Shown: positions 48,401 through 62,000 of the stretch, piece after piece
Position numbering within the stretch: the first letter of the stretch is position 1
Layout: each line of letters starts with the position of its first letter
DNA from: Acanthaster planci
Lineage: Eukaryota
Length of the DNA: 64,000 bases
Direction: 5' to 3'
Assembly (NCBI RefSeq): GCF_001949145.1
Contig: NW_019091358.1
Coordinates: 310,961-374,960, forward strand
Notes under the pieces: model-generated
The model's database searches: none
Told to the model about the DNA's origin: nothing
What the model saw: the letters and a program-made list of their open reading frames with translations, nothing else
Position numbers and translations under genes: made by a program

Positions 48401-51400
48401 GTTTCATTAGTGACTCTGATGGGGACATCCAGGGTTGATGTTTAACAAGCCAGTTTAATATTTCAAAAGGTAACATTATTCGAGAGGTCATTCACAAGCT
48501 CAAACATGTTCAGTGCAGTTGAACAGCATACATGTACAGTCACACTGACTGGGCTGAACTTGAATGCCTACTGCCATTCTGGAATGACCTCGGACGTGCT
48601 TCATTTGGACATCTATTGGAATACCAGGATACTAGGATCACCAAGCCCACTTGAAAAAAAGTCCCCATTTAGAGGGGCATTCCCTCTTTCGGGGGACTGA
48701 TATTGTCTCTAAATAAAAGGGACTTCTCTGAGTTTAGGGGCACTCTGTTATTTTAAGAATAATTTGGTGGTGTTTTTTTTCAGATGGTTGCAAATGTTAA
48801 CAATCTTGAATCTTGTGCAAATTCATTGCGCCAGTACTCCATCCCGAGTCCATTTGCATTTGAACAAAATCCATTGATGGGATAATCAACTCAGGAGAGA
48901 GTCACCACACTAAATCTGCCGTTTTACATTTTTGATTTCCAGAGCAAATATGCAGAAAAGATCCACAAAATATTTACCAACATGAAGGAGAAACCTTGTT
49001 CTTTTCAATCATATACTTTTCAGGGAGACTTGCATGCAATTTCAAGTCAGAATTGTCTGTTGAATTTTTTTTTTTTCATGGAGTGATCCCGATCATGGGC
49101 GCGGCCATTTTGATTTTCGATGTGTGATGTCATATTCTCAGGTTTCCTCATTTTTTGTGTGTGAGAGTTTGGTGCATGTAAATAATTCTTGTGAGAATTG
49201 GATAGAAAATGAAACAAACTTTAATATGGTACCAAACTTTGAGGAATTTGGTGTATTCTGAAGGTAGTAAAATGATCTTCATGTACATGTATGGAGAAGT
49301 TGTGAATCAAAAAGGGATTTTTTTTCTTCATAACTTCGAACATTTTTCGGTGGGGAAAACCTAATTAAAAGGAGGTTGAAGAGGCTAGAAAGAATGATTT
49401 TTGAGAACTCTGAACATTACCAAAAGAATGGTATAAAAATCGCGACACCTTTGTATGTCACACTACGACCGCAAAAAAACATTTATGAAATGCATCATTT
49501 TGGATTATGTCTGCAAAATGTGTTTCCAGGCTGAGTGTACACTGTAACATATTTTGTAACACACATGGAATGGGCGTCTGGACTGAAAATGAGACAAAAG
49601 TTTTGGTGAATAATTTTGGAGGAATAGGCTACTAATGCCTTGGCTTTATATCAGTTTTAACAAGTTCCTTTTATTGGACTAATTAATAGAAACAATGATA
49701 CATATTATCAACACAAAAACTTTTTGAGCAAAATTGGGAATGCACAAGTGGCACAGACTTCCGTTTATGCATGTCCTCTTGAGTCATGAACTGTACACCA
49801 CCAAATAGCATTAAGAATGTCAGGGACTATCATGTGGGGCTGTTCTTTCTGGTTCTTCTGGTACAGTTGATTGTCCGGTTCCACAAATTGTCTGTTCTGC
49901 AAAATCTAGAAAATGGTTTTTGTTTCCATAAAGACAGACTGGCTGAAGACTTGGTTCATAGTTCTGTCAGATAGTTTACTTAAAGGTCTATCAGAAAAAA
50001 ATTATTTTACATGTACTTGTACGGACCCACCACATGGAATCATGAAGAGCGACTACAACTGTTTTTTGCCGATGACAGTTCGCAAAAACTGCATTCTGCT
50101 CTATGTTGCGTTTGTCACTCTTTTAAAAAATAGTCACAGCATTTTTTTTTTCAAACCTGTGACCGTGCTACCATCAGAAATACATGTAATCTGATTTCCC
50201 GCCCTGAAAATATGAGGTGTGTGCTCTTTAAAATCTGCAAGTTTTGGACACAAAAGTAACTGCAAAACTTTTGTCCAGTTCCGAAAACAGGTTTTAGCAG
50301 ACCAAAGCTGGAAAATGGTTGTCTGGAAATTGGGCATATAACCTTGTTATACACTATACGTGTACATGTGCGTTGAAGTACAGTGTATAAAAAGTTAGTA
50401 TGCTACCGAGTCGCTGCCTGTACACAAAGCAAGTCTGTAAATAATCTCTGTAGCGAGATTCCAAGTGGTTGTCCTTATTTTCACATAGATGTACATGTGT
50501 CAGTTGTTGACTTAATTCTTCTATTTTCAGTCAAATAGAAGAACCTAACCAGACTAATAGCCTATGCCAACAAACATGACATATCAGACCAAGTACCGGT
50601 ACATGTACACACATATACATGAACATGTAAAAAAGTTTGCCTAATGTTTTTTGGCCTCCCCGACTGTGGAATTTTCTGGCCTGCTTTTGGTTTAAAAATG
50701 TACCGTACATGTATTTTTCCTTTTTCATTTTTTTCCCCCAGACAATCAGCTAATTTTGCCTTCATGCAAAACAGTCTTGATACGAAAGAGTTACATGTAT
50801 TAAACTTTATTGAAAGTATGGACATTTCTTTGTTTTAATGTTGACTGCCATTATACATGATTTGGTATTTTCATTTACTCACTCCACAACATGCATACAT
50901 GTAAGGGCAAATCTCTCCAAACTGACCTCCAAAAATTGATTAATTTTATAAAACTTTCAGTAAATTTCTTATCTCAAAAGAACTGACTTTAATGCCATGG
51001 GGTATTTCAAATGCTGGTGAATAGAGCATGTTGGAAAAGTAATGCACTTGAAAGGGTAAATCTGAACATTTCTCTTTTCAGCCACAAAGAAGGCAAATTT
51101 CATTAAAAACTCATGAAAACATTTTCTAACTTCTTCTAGCCCTCATCTGTGATCAAAAGTTTCAAAATAGTGGTATGTGCACGTACCTAGTAGGTTGGTC
51201 ACTAATTGGCACAGTTGTGTAGGGTTCAGTTTGAGGAAATATTTATGACTTGACTAATTGATGTCACTACTTCCCATATACAGATTAGGAAAAACATTAA
51301 TAATAGGCTGATATGTATCCAAAGAAGAAATTGACATGCACAGCAACTTGGTTACTGAATCAAAAGTCACACCCAAAAGCACTCTCCACCAAGCAAAAAT

Positions 51401-51405
51401 GACCC
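45470..51405. repeat. ~2.9-kb imperfect direct duplication (45470-48370 and 48373-51405) joined at a single N
   Basis: Both start TATATCCTGTTTAGTAATACATAGG and end AAAAGCACTCTCCACCAAGCAAAAATGA(T/C)CC; colinear with SNPs and indels. Confidence 0.93.
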
Positions 51406-51555
51406 ATGAATGGACAACATTTTTAACAACCAATGACAAAGTGAACACCTGTTTTGTCAAAATGATGTGCATGAGTGGTTTCTGTATAGGGATGCCATCC
51501 TTTCTGACTATGCATACACATTATTGAAAAGCAATGATAGTGACTTCTTTATTTC

Positions 51556-52155
51556 NNNNNNNNNNNNNNNNNNNNNNNNNNNNNNNNNNNNNNNNNNNNN
51601 NNNNNNNNNNNNNNNNNNNNNNNNNNNNNNNNNNNNNNNNNNNNNNNNNNNNNNNNNNNNNNNNNNNNNNNNNNNNNNNNNNNNNNNNNNNNNNNNNNNN
51701 NNNNNNNNNNNNNNNNNNNNNNNNNNNNNNNNNNNNNNNNNNNNNNNNNNNNNNNNNNNNNNNNNNNNNNNNNNNNNNNNNNNNNNNNNNNNNNNNNNNN
51801 NNNNNNNNNNNNNNNNNNNNNNNNNNNNNNNNNNNNNNNNNNNNNNNNNNNNNNNNNNNNNNNNNNNNNNNNNNNNNNNNNNNNNNNNNNNNNNNNNNNN
51901 NNNNNNNNNNNNNNNNNNNNNNNNNNNNNNNNNNNNNNNNNNNNNNNNNNNNNNNNNNNNNNNNNNNNNNNNNNNNNNNNNNNNNNNNNNNNNNNNNNNN
52001 NNNNNNNNNNNNNNNNNNNNNNNNNNNNNNNNNNNNNNNNNNNNNNNNNNNNNNNNNNNNNNNNNNNNNNNNNNNNNNNNNNNNNNNNNNNNNNNNNNNN
52101 NNNNNNNNNNNNNNNNNNNNNNNNNNNNNNNNNNNNNNNNNNNNNNNNNNNNNNT
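51556..52155. other. Assembly gap (~600 N); smaller gaps at 11498-11555, 27018-27083 and a single N at 48371
   Basis: Runs of N in the sequence. Confidence 0.98.
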
Positions 52156-52542
52156 TGCTTTGGGCATGAGATTAGTAAGGGGTCTTGCAGCATACCCGTG
52201 CACCCGTGTGAATTTTTATGTGTGGCCTTTGACAGAAGTGGCAAGTTTCTTTTGCTGTCCAGTTTACATAACATACATGTACATGTACGTAATGTGCGTG
52301 TGGCCAAGTTTATATGAGCACTGCCATCGCACATGGTTAATCAGTGATGCGTCACCTGAACTTCAGTCTGGTAGCTGTGATCACATCAAAACTGTACAAG
52401 AGACACTGCAGCACTAAGGAATCAGTCGTTGGCACTCTTGTGCTGACACGGCATGCTTTGTGTGAATGGTCTGCTAGAGGCTGGCGCGCTGTGACGTTTG
52501 CAGGACATTAACATACATGTACAGTTCAAATTGCTATTTGAA

Positions 52543-52622
52543 CAAGATGGCGACATCGCGTTCGACGAGAAGACCGTGTCCAATTTGAAGGGAAAATTTC
52601 TCTTTTCTTCCCAAATGTGAGT
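52543..52622 (+). promoter_or_regulatory. YY1-like motif followed by a splice-donor-like GTGAGT; candidate transcription start region
   Basis: CAAGATGGCGAC at 52543, local CpG enrichment, GTGAGT at 52617. Confidence 0.35.
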
Positions 52623-52983
52623 AAACCTTTTCATCATTATCCCTAACTCCCTAGGCCCTTTTAGCTAGGGACCTTCCTCAATCCTTTAGAATCTTCCAAT
52701 TTGGGGTGAAAACAATTGGATTCTTCCTAAATCCTTCGAAATCCTCCAAAATTTCATGAAAATGTTACTTGGAGGTGTGCCCACTGCCTAAATCCTTCAA
52801 AATTCTCTGGCAATTCCTGTCATTATGTTGAGGCAGTGCGAATGGCATTCTTGAGCAGTGCGGTTGATTCAAAAGAAATATCGGGCTGAATATATGCACG
52901 ACTGAGCAGGAACAACACAAGGTCTAACCCACGACCTTCACTCATGGCATCCTTCACAATCAGCCATGCACTTTACCATTCAC

Positions 52984-53027
52984 CCTCAATCCTCCAAAAC
53001 CACCCGAAGGATTTTGGAGGATTGAGG
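52984..53027. repeat. 16-bp perfect inverted repeat within a CCTCAATCCTCCAA-type repeat region
   Basis: CCTCAATCCTCCAAAA - 12 nt loop - TTTTGGAGGATTGAGG. Confidence 0.9.
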
Positions 53028-56000
53028 AGAGTTTACTGAAAACTCTGATTCTCACTTGATCCTATGCCGGGTGCATTAGACAGTTTAAGGACCATTTTGG
53101 AGGTGAATTTGGAGAATTTTGATTGGGGGTACAAGCTATTTTGAGTGAAATGAATCAATAGAAGCAAAACCTATGCAAGGTACTTGGACCCTACTATCAC
53201 CCGTTCATATCCAAATGTTAAGTGTTAATTTGTAGGGTTCAAGTTACTCAGACTACAGGTGTAGGCTACATGAGGCATGATCATGAATCATGACGATGCC
53301 TTACTGTACCTAGCCCAGGTGGACTCCCTGACCATACTACCTTATGGAGGGAGTCCAGGATATACATGTAAAGGGTCGAAAAACTTTACAACTAAAATTT
53401 TCTACACTTCTACCTTCTTACACATGTATAAGCCAATTTCACGTCTGTAAATCCCATGCATCCTTATTTCCACAGCTGGTAGGTTAAGAAATTTTACATA
53501 TCATCACAACAGACAGAAACAGGAAAATAAACTCGGAAGTAACGCTGTTTTCAGCCGTTCTCCTCCTGTGCATGCAGTTTGTACAGTGTGTGTGTACAAT
53601 TATTCAGCCTGCGCTAGCACTCTGCATATTGTTCCCAATCTATACCATCACTCTTGCCTGTGCATCACGATCATCATGCCTGCAATGCCTCATTTATCAA
53701 GATAAGATACTGTTTAATTTTAACATAAATCAGATCTCTACAATATTGTGTATTTATACATCTTTAATCAATAAGAATCTGCAAACAAATGAAACACTTC
53801 AAAGAGATCATTGATGGACTTATTCCCATACAACATGTGCAAGCATCCTGCTTAAAGCCGGCTACACTGACTGAAGTTATTCTTATAGCATAGGTCTAGC
53901 AGGTTGTCTCGTAAATTTATATTTATAACCCAAATATAAACCAGAACAAAATATGAACGTTTTAGGGGTAATAGGGTTATCAGTCAGTCTGAAGGCCCTG
54001 ATCAGACAAAAACGGAAACTTTTCATCGGCAGGCGGGTTAAAGCCTGGTACCATTCACAGCCTCCGTGTAGCAGGCATGCAACAGACCCTAACTAGCTAT
54101 CACACACGCGTAGTGTGTACACGCAGCTCGGATTCCTATACGATGTACGTGTGTGCATTTTGCAACTCGAATTACGTTTACAACCATGAAAAACAGTAAC
54201 ATTATCTCTGAAAGTACTTTCCTTCGATTTTACAGTCCATCCATGGTTCGTTCTGAAATTTAACCCCCCAGAGAGATAGATAAGGTCATGAAGAGCATGT
54301 AAACCTGAAATCAGTTTCTTCAAAAAGGTAAACCAAGAACAAATTAGAACCAAGTTTTTGGTTGTCTTGAACACAAGCCCTTTTTAGAACCTGGACGTCA
54401 GTCGTAATGCACAGTAATGTCAGTATTTATTCAGTGACGAAGACTGGCGTCCAACCAAGACCTGGGCAATGCTGATTGCTGGGCTAGGCCTAAATTGTAA
54501 ATCATAATGGCTTACCATGCTTACCAAATACACCTATGATCATATCATCTCACCTGCATAAGCCTTTAACGTCTCGTTCCATTGTTCAGCATGTTATTGT
54601 CCAGAACAAGATCCGCACGTGACGTTCTGGAGTACTATTTTAATAAAACTCGTTCAGCGAAACTTGCAGGCGTAACCCTCGTCCTCCACGCAGATTTGAC
54701 AGATGATAAACACTCGGCATGATGGTCGCACTGACTCCCAACTTCACTGGTATATACAATATGAACAAGACGCTTCCTGAAAATGGCATCCGACTATTTG
54801 CCCTTTTCAAACTTCCGACTTTGTTTTGGCATCGGAATTCAAGCAGCAGATATATGTATTTGCTAGGCTCCCAACTTCTGAGATTCTGACTCCACATATC
54901 CACTTTATTTTTCTACTGCTGAAAATATGTCACTCTTCAATTCAATTTCAACTGTTGGAGTATTGCCATTTTGTTTGAACAATCAATATTTGTTCAGGTC
55001 AGAGACACCACCGTGGATATTGGGCCAACATTTTACATTACACCAAAGACGAAAGTAATTTGGGGTGCTTCGACTGGGCACCTGGAGATTTCTGTAAAAA
55101 TCCCAGTGGGGTGATTTTTATCACAAGAATTGTTTCAATTAGGTTTCTTTTAAGAACTGAGTGTTTAAACCCTTTTAGAAATGGATTCAAGCCTTAGCAT
55201 AGCTGAGATTTCATGGGGGGGCACGAGCTTTCAGTGGTGTGTTTTTTTCAAGCAAGTTTTTATTAGCCTTGTCAATTCGTTTTCTTAGTTGGAGGCACCT
55301 GGGTGGACACCAGGAATTTGTGGGGGCTGGGGGCGTGCCCCCCCTTCCCGACAGTCCTGGATTCAAGAGCTGATTCAGAACCTTTTTCCTTGGGGGATGT
55401 GCATGGGGGAATAAGTTTTTTATCACTGATAAAAAAATTGCTTAGGGCAGGGAGGGAAGCTGGCCTCATGGATCCACCAGCACAGTGCAAGGACTCGGAG
55501 CTAGAGGAAGTCGATATTTTGTCCATGGAACTTGGAAGTATTAAAGTAATGAGAAAAGGAAGATTTTGGAAGTACAGAGGAATAGTAAGCTTATTCATGC
55601 AATGAAGTGAACTGTATGCCATCAGGCTGTTGCAGGTGATGGATCACCAGAGGTAGACGCGGTGAGGAAAATACAGTGAACTGGCCGTATTCAAAGATTG
55701 TACGGAAGTTCTCGGAGAAGCCGTCTCAAATTATATAGGCTTTACATGTGTCATTAGCAACAACAGCAGGACGACCATCAAAGTGGGGGCCATTTGTTAA
55801 ACCATCACACATCAGCCATGACAGGACCTGCCAAAACTTGATTGTCTACACAGTGGGGTATCCTTTGGGGACCATCTCTGATCCAGGTTTTCAACCCACA
55901 TCCAGGGAGGGGCCATCACATTTTTTTCTACCCAAATTCTGAAAGTTGTTTTAAAACCTTGTTAACAGTCGTCAATCCTTCAATTTCAATATAGTTTTAC

Positions 56001-58738
56001 ATAAACCCTAAGGGGTCAGAGGGTTACTCAGGGATAAAATGTGCATTTCCAATCTGTTCCTGTAAAATGAATCAACAATTTATATTCAGCGAAATCAAAA
56101 CTAAGAACCACGTAGGAAGTGTACCTTTCCTGTTCATTTCCGATTAACTATGATGAACCAAAATGTTTCCCAAATGCTGGTTTTCAGTTTTCATAACAAC
56201 ACTGTAATCCAACGGAAAGCAGCAATGAACCGAGCCATGGAGGAATGACTGAGCATAGTTTTCAAGCAAATCTGTCAAGCAAATATATTCAACAGCAAAA
56301 TGCCTTTGGAAACTAAAACACTCCAATTACACAACATTAGCCGAGTAGTTTATGGAAACAGAAGACACCTTTAATCGCTCTTTATTTACATAGTGAGGCA
56401 AACTAAATTAAACTGCTTCTCTTTCAAGAGTCATGTACTCCGTTTTATAAAAGACTACTTCAATAACTTGCCTGAAACAGAAAAGAAAGTAAAAAAAAAA
56501 AGATAAGAATGAACAAGAAATGTGAAATAATGTTTAAATGACAATACAGTGTATTAACCCAAACTGTTTCATCTAGTCACAATACAGGGATATCTCCTTA
56601 CCAACTGCACTTTGGTATGCAACTTTCAGATTCCTCCCAGTTTTTGTAAGAAGTTTACCAGAGTTCTCTTCTACCAACTTCCATGATTTTACTACAATGA
56701 AAATCTCAACATGGATATCACAAAGGAAAGGACTAGATTAGTGCCAGAAAAATAATCCACATTCCCATGTACCTTTCCATGAAAAATTTGGTGCTTTGAT
56801 AGAGCTGCATGAAAAGTCACTTGGTGAACAAAATATCTACTCGGCAATAACCAGTTACTGGCTAAAATGTCATGTGTTGTACTTGGCTTGTGACTGATAC
56901 TCATTTTCTGCTTAGCAGCTCTATGAAATTCAACCGACCCTTTTCTTGTTTTACTTATTTGTTCCATTTTGTTCCAAGTGCTAGTTCATTTTTGGTTCCA
57001 TTTTAAACTCCTACAATTTGTGTTTCCCCATTCCTATGCCTATCTTGTCAAGCTAAGGAAACAAAGGAGTAGTATGTGACTTTAGAAATGCAAAAACCCC
57101 AGGAAAAAGTAAAAAAAAAAAAACTAAATATGAATATACCACAAAAAAAAAAAAACCAAAAACCCCAGCCCCCCCCCAAAAAAAGGAAAAATAAGAGAAC
57201 AAAAATCCAAAATGAGAATCTTGCACACCCAAAACTGATATGTAACAAATTACCTGAAAGTTGTTGCATCATGTTTGTGAACAAAATGTTTGTGATAACA
57301 CCTGTTAATACTTATTGAACACTATTTGTTAACTTTAATATTACTCGTCTTTAATAACCCTTTCTCATAACTGCTGTCAGAATTTAATACACTTTTTAGA
57401 TGAACAATACAAAAATTGAGATAAATAGTTATATTACAAGTTCAAAAATGTTTAGAAATTCTTACAACTTAGGAACAGAAGTGCTTGGATAATCTTGGTT
57501 TACAAGGGAACTACCATCTGTTCCAAGAAACACAGTAAATCACCACCTTAAGTATTCATTTTTTGACTAAACATTTTAAATCTGGCTTTATCACTCTTCT
57601 GTGCATCAAATTTCACAGTCAATGCAGTAGATGGTTTAAATCTTTACTAAGGATGTTTTCGCTCGATACATCACGACTCATGTCACCAGTACATTTGAGT
57701 CTGCAAATCCAACGGGATGCTTTTTGAGATGCTTGGTGGGGACAAACATACCAGTCCCACGTGATGCCAATGACAGCGAGCCCGTCAGTAGGGAACGCTG
57801 TGCTTACCACCACCAAATATCTCCAAAGTCTCCTTTGGGCTGACACTCAAGCAATTTGCCTCTAAATGCCATTCTACCTTTGGAAATTGATCAAAATGGC
57901 TTCCCAGCAGTGTGCATGTCCACAATGCCTAGCTTATAGAGGGCGCTATTTATTCAGAAGAGCCATTGCTAGGCTGCCTTTAATTATCCCTGTTAACACA
58001 AATGAACCATTTTCCGACAACTGAATTAACAGTGGCTGGAAAAACTTTGCCAAACCAGATGAAAACAGTGTCTCTTACACACAAATTATTTTGGTCAGTA
58101 GTACATAGCACGTTCTGGAGAATGTATTCCCGTACAAAAACAATCAAGATGAAAACATTTTCTTAAATGGTACATAATATATGTATTTCACATTATGGTT
58201 GGTGATTGCAGTTTCTATGTTATTCACTAGATAACCAGTGCTTGAAAGTGAATTTTTGGTGGCATCCATAAACTGCCCCATTCCATTTTAGAATTTAAGA
58301 ACGTGATTCAAAAATTTACTACATAATACTTGTACATCAGTGAAAAAAAAAATGGATGGACCAAACCTAACGGGAATGTACAGTGTATAGCTCTACTACC
58401 TTTTCATATAACCTTCATATCTTTTCTACACAAGCAAAAAGTCATGTTACAACTGAAATACTTCATAAGAAGGCCAAGTACGGTTAACGAGCAAAGATTA
58501 CAGACTTGACCTGAAAAAGAAAATGCCCTTGGAGTGCCTTTTCCCATTTTTGCATGCAGCAACCCTACTTCCGCACGTGGTAACGTGAAATGACGAGTCG
58601 CCAACATTTTGAATGTCTTCATCTGTCAGCAACTCAAGTGAAGTGATCCTATGAGTCACACTTGTGCAAGAACTGCAGCACACAGAGCGTTTGCCTTCTG
58701 AGCGTTTCATGGCCCTGATTCTGAGGAGTCCTTAATTC

Positions 58739-59044
58739 TTATCTCCGTCTGGGTTTCTTCTTGGGCGGCTGCTCTTTCTTTGACGGCGAGTCCTTTCCTC
58801 TGCCCTCCTTGCCGCCGGCGACGCCAATGCCCATCTCCTTCAGCCGCTTCTCAAAGAATGTCCTGAGCTTGGTGCCTGACTTGTAGGTGTCGCTCCAGGG
58901 CTGGTTGTACTGCTGGCAGTTGGTGAAGATCAGCTGAACATCGGCGACAAACTCGGTGGCCGTGCGGTACTCCATGGCGTTGACTTTAGTCTGCATGCTG
59001 GCGAAGTCCATTGGACGCTTGATGATCTTGTAGTAGTCGGGCAC
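58739..59044 (-). CDS. BAZ1A: BAZ1A-like terminal exon, bromodomain C-part (VPDYYKIIKRPMD...NCQQYN...PKKKPRRR*)
   Basis: PDYY.II..PMD and N...YN motifs, CAG acceptor, TAA stop. Confidence 0.92.
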   Translation of the reverse strand: MPDYYKIIKRPMDFASMQTKVNAMEYRTATEFVADVQLIFTNCQQYNQPWSDTYKSGTKLRTFFEKRLKEMGIGVAGGKEGRGKDSPSKKEQPPKKKPRRR

Positions 59045-62000
59045 CTGGCAGTAATTGCGAGAGAGGAGGCATTACCATGACTTATTTCACTCCAGTTCAC
59101 TCAGCTAAACTGAAGAGAAAGTGTAACTGTCAACTGTGTAAGGAGGTTAACTTATTGTTTTTCTCATTTTGCCTAACTTTGAAAAGAAAAAAACAAACAA
59201 ACAAATAGTAAATATGTCATGTTCGACACAAAAGCAATAAACCAGAAATTTGGCACAATATTGAAACAATATCCATTCTATCATTTCTATGCAGGAATAA
59301 GAGATGGAATGATTTTAGATAGCAATGCCATCCCTTCATTGGGGAAACCACCATGACTGTGCACAGGTTCGCAACAAATTTCTGCAGGAAACTACCCTCT
59401 CTATGCACTTGGCACTCACTTTAAATCTACACCACCAGCTTCTCTATTCACTGCCAGCGGGGGTAATTCTACACAATGTGCACACCATATCACTCATTAC
59501 TAAAATGAAAATTACTCAAATTACTCAAATATTCATAAATGAGAGCCAAATTATCATTGGTCAATTCACAATCACTTGCCATTCACTACTTTGTTGTTAC
59601 CGAGGTGTGTACGCAGGGATCCACTCACGAGTCAAAAGTACACGAATCTACTGATCTGTTTCCCAGGAACAATTCAATGGAACACAAACACCTACAGGGC
59701 TACGCTGCACACAAAGAAATGCATGTAAATTAAGCACTGCCGGCTATGCTACTTTTCCCTTGCTCTTGAAATTTGAATAGCCAATGAGTATGCATGAGGC
59801 GTGGTAATACAAATATAACATAGTTTACTTCAAGTGGTTAGCTGATATTAGCTCCTCTCGTGAGAAAAACTTACTTTGTCAACTTCCAAAACCTTGGGGA
59901 GGTAAAATTGACAATCCACCCTCAAATACGTGCATATATAATATCAAACCATACCTAACTTCAATGCTCCTATTTAATATCTGATTCTTTTTACATGAAC
60001 TGCTATTTTCCTTGGTATCCCGCTCGTAATTTCTCAGTGGCTATCTCACTACAGTAGATTCCCGTTATAGCACTCCCTGATACAAAGCTCTTACCGATAT
60101 AACACTCTACATGAATTTTCATTTCCCCAACTGCACATCCATTCACTGTGTACATTTTTGTGGTAAGAGCGCTCCCGTTTACAACGCTTTTTTGGATATA
60201 ACGCTCATGATTTTTGACCCGAGAACCACGTAAGGCATGTGAAATGATTCCGGTTACAGCGTTCTTTACCTTGGAAAATCAGATTCTGTGAAAATCAACG
60301 CATATGAAACCGCATCACAAGGCCATCGATTGGCCAGCCATCATGGACACCAGTAGTTTAGCGATCACACAGAGTGCAGACATACACTGGGACTTCCGCA
60401 GCATGATCGTGAGCATGTGTTCACCACGGTGAGCCATGCCCACGTGGCTTTACTGTGGTGACATTGTAGTGATTATTTCCCACTTTTATTCATTCTCGTG
60501 GTGTGGTTTGGGGCACAAATACTTCGTGTAGCAAATCTCGTCTTTTCGCCGACTGTGTTCGGCGTGACAGGTTGATTCTGTTTTCACTTGGGTTTTCTAA
60601 TGACATATCACTTTCTGTGGTCACACGGTTATTGGGAAAAGTCAGCGACTGGACTGCCCATGAATGGGTACGCAGTAGCAGTCAGGATGTCGCAGTGGGT
60701 GTAGATGCAGTTATTGTGCCGCGATGCAGCATGCACAAGGTCCTGTGGTGGTTTTTGAAGAGATCTGGTACTGTTTTTTTATCGGCGTCAAGAAAACGTC
60801 GAGATATTCGGATACAAGGCATATACTCCGAAAATTACGGTGCATACATCTGCCAATACATGTACATGTAAACGACATTCACATACATGACATACATGTA
60901 CAAGTACATGTGCACATGTTGCGCGTCCATCCAGTCGGTTACAGTGCCGTGCAGTTATAACATTCAAGTCTGTTAGGTCCCCTTGAGAGCGCTATAATGG
61001 GAATCTACTGTATCTCTCTGCTAGACCAAACGTGACCACTCACTGCCTTCTTGCTGACCGCTGAGAGGAAGGGTCTGGACTCTGGATGCTTGACCAACTC
61101 CTTCAGGAGCTCCTCGCACAGGTGCAGCTGCCTCATTTCTTGGCTGCCGCGCCCGCTGGAAGACTGCCTGCGGTACGTCGATGAGGGCCCTGAATCCTCG
61201 GATGCTGAACCTTCTATAATAGTTTGTAAAAAGTTGGACATTTCACCACACAAATGAACAAAATTTGATGCTATTCAGGCAGAATCCAAATTGGACAATT
61301 TTTTGGCTGGGGTTTTAACTTGTGCAGCAACAAACTATAGTGAAGCTTTGTGCAATAGACAATAGTAACCAATTAAAATGCAACCTTAAATGATATTTAT
61401 CTTCCTATGTACCTGAATCCAAAATGGCTAATCCTGTGTCAATAGTAACCGGCAAGTATAGATTGGTTGATTCAACTGTTCTGATGTGGGGTGGGGGGGC
61501 TTTGTTACATAAAGAAGCCTCTTCAAGAATTATAAACTCTGTACTCCTTACCATCGAGCGACTGGCTCCTTGATCGCTGCAACCTTTTGCCCCCTCCGTT
61601 TATTGCCGTCAGCACTACCTTGACGCCCTTCATCATATTCAGCTTCCCAGCATCCACGTCCGGGGTAGAGGACCGCGAGTCTGCCGACTGCCTCCTGCTG
61701 CTCCGCCCTTCTGCCTGGCTCCTGGAAGGCTTGGCCTCTTGGGGCGTCTTTGCTGATGCCGCCTTGCCCTTTCCGCTCGCCGGCATCTTGGCCTGCGACT
61801 TGCCTCCTTTCGATGCCATTTTGGGAGGGTTCTTTGAGGCAGATACCTTGGGTGTGGCATCCTTGGGTGAGGCACCCTTATGGGTGGAGTTCTTAGAGCT
61901 GGCCCCTCCCTTAGGTCTTGATTCCTTGTTGGAGCTCCTAGCAGCAGAGGCTAGACTCTCTAAAATTGGGTGACAAGTGTTACTAACAAGTAAGAAAAAG

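Noticed and set aside
51467..52417. Long ORFs of 211-316 aa
   Set aside because: Artefacts of translating through the N gap.
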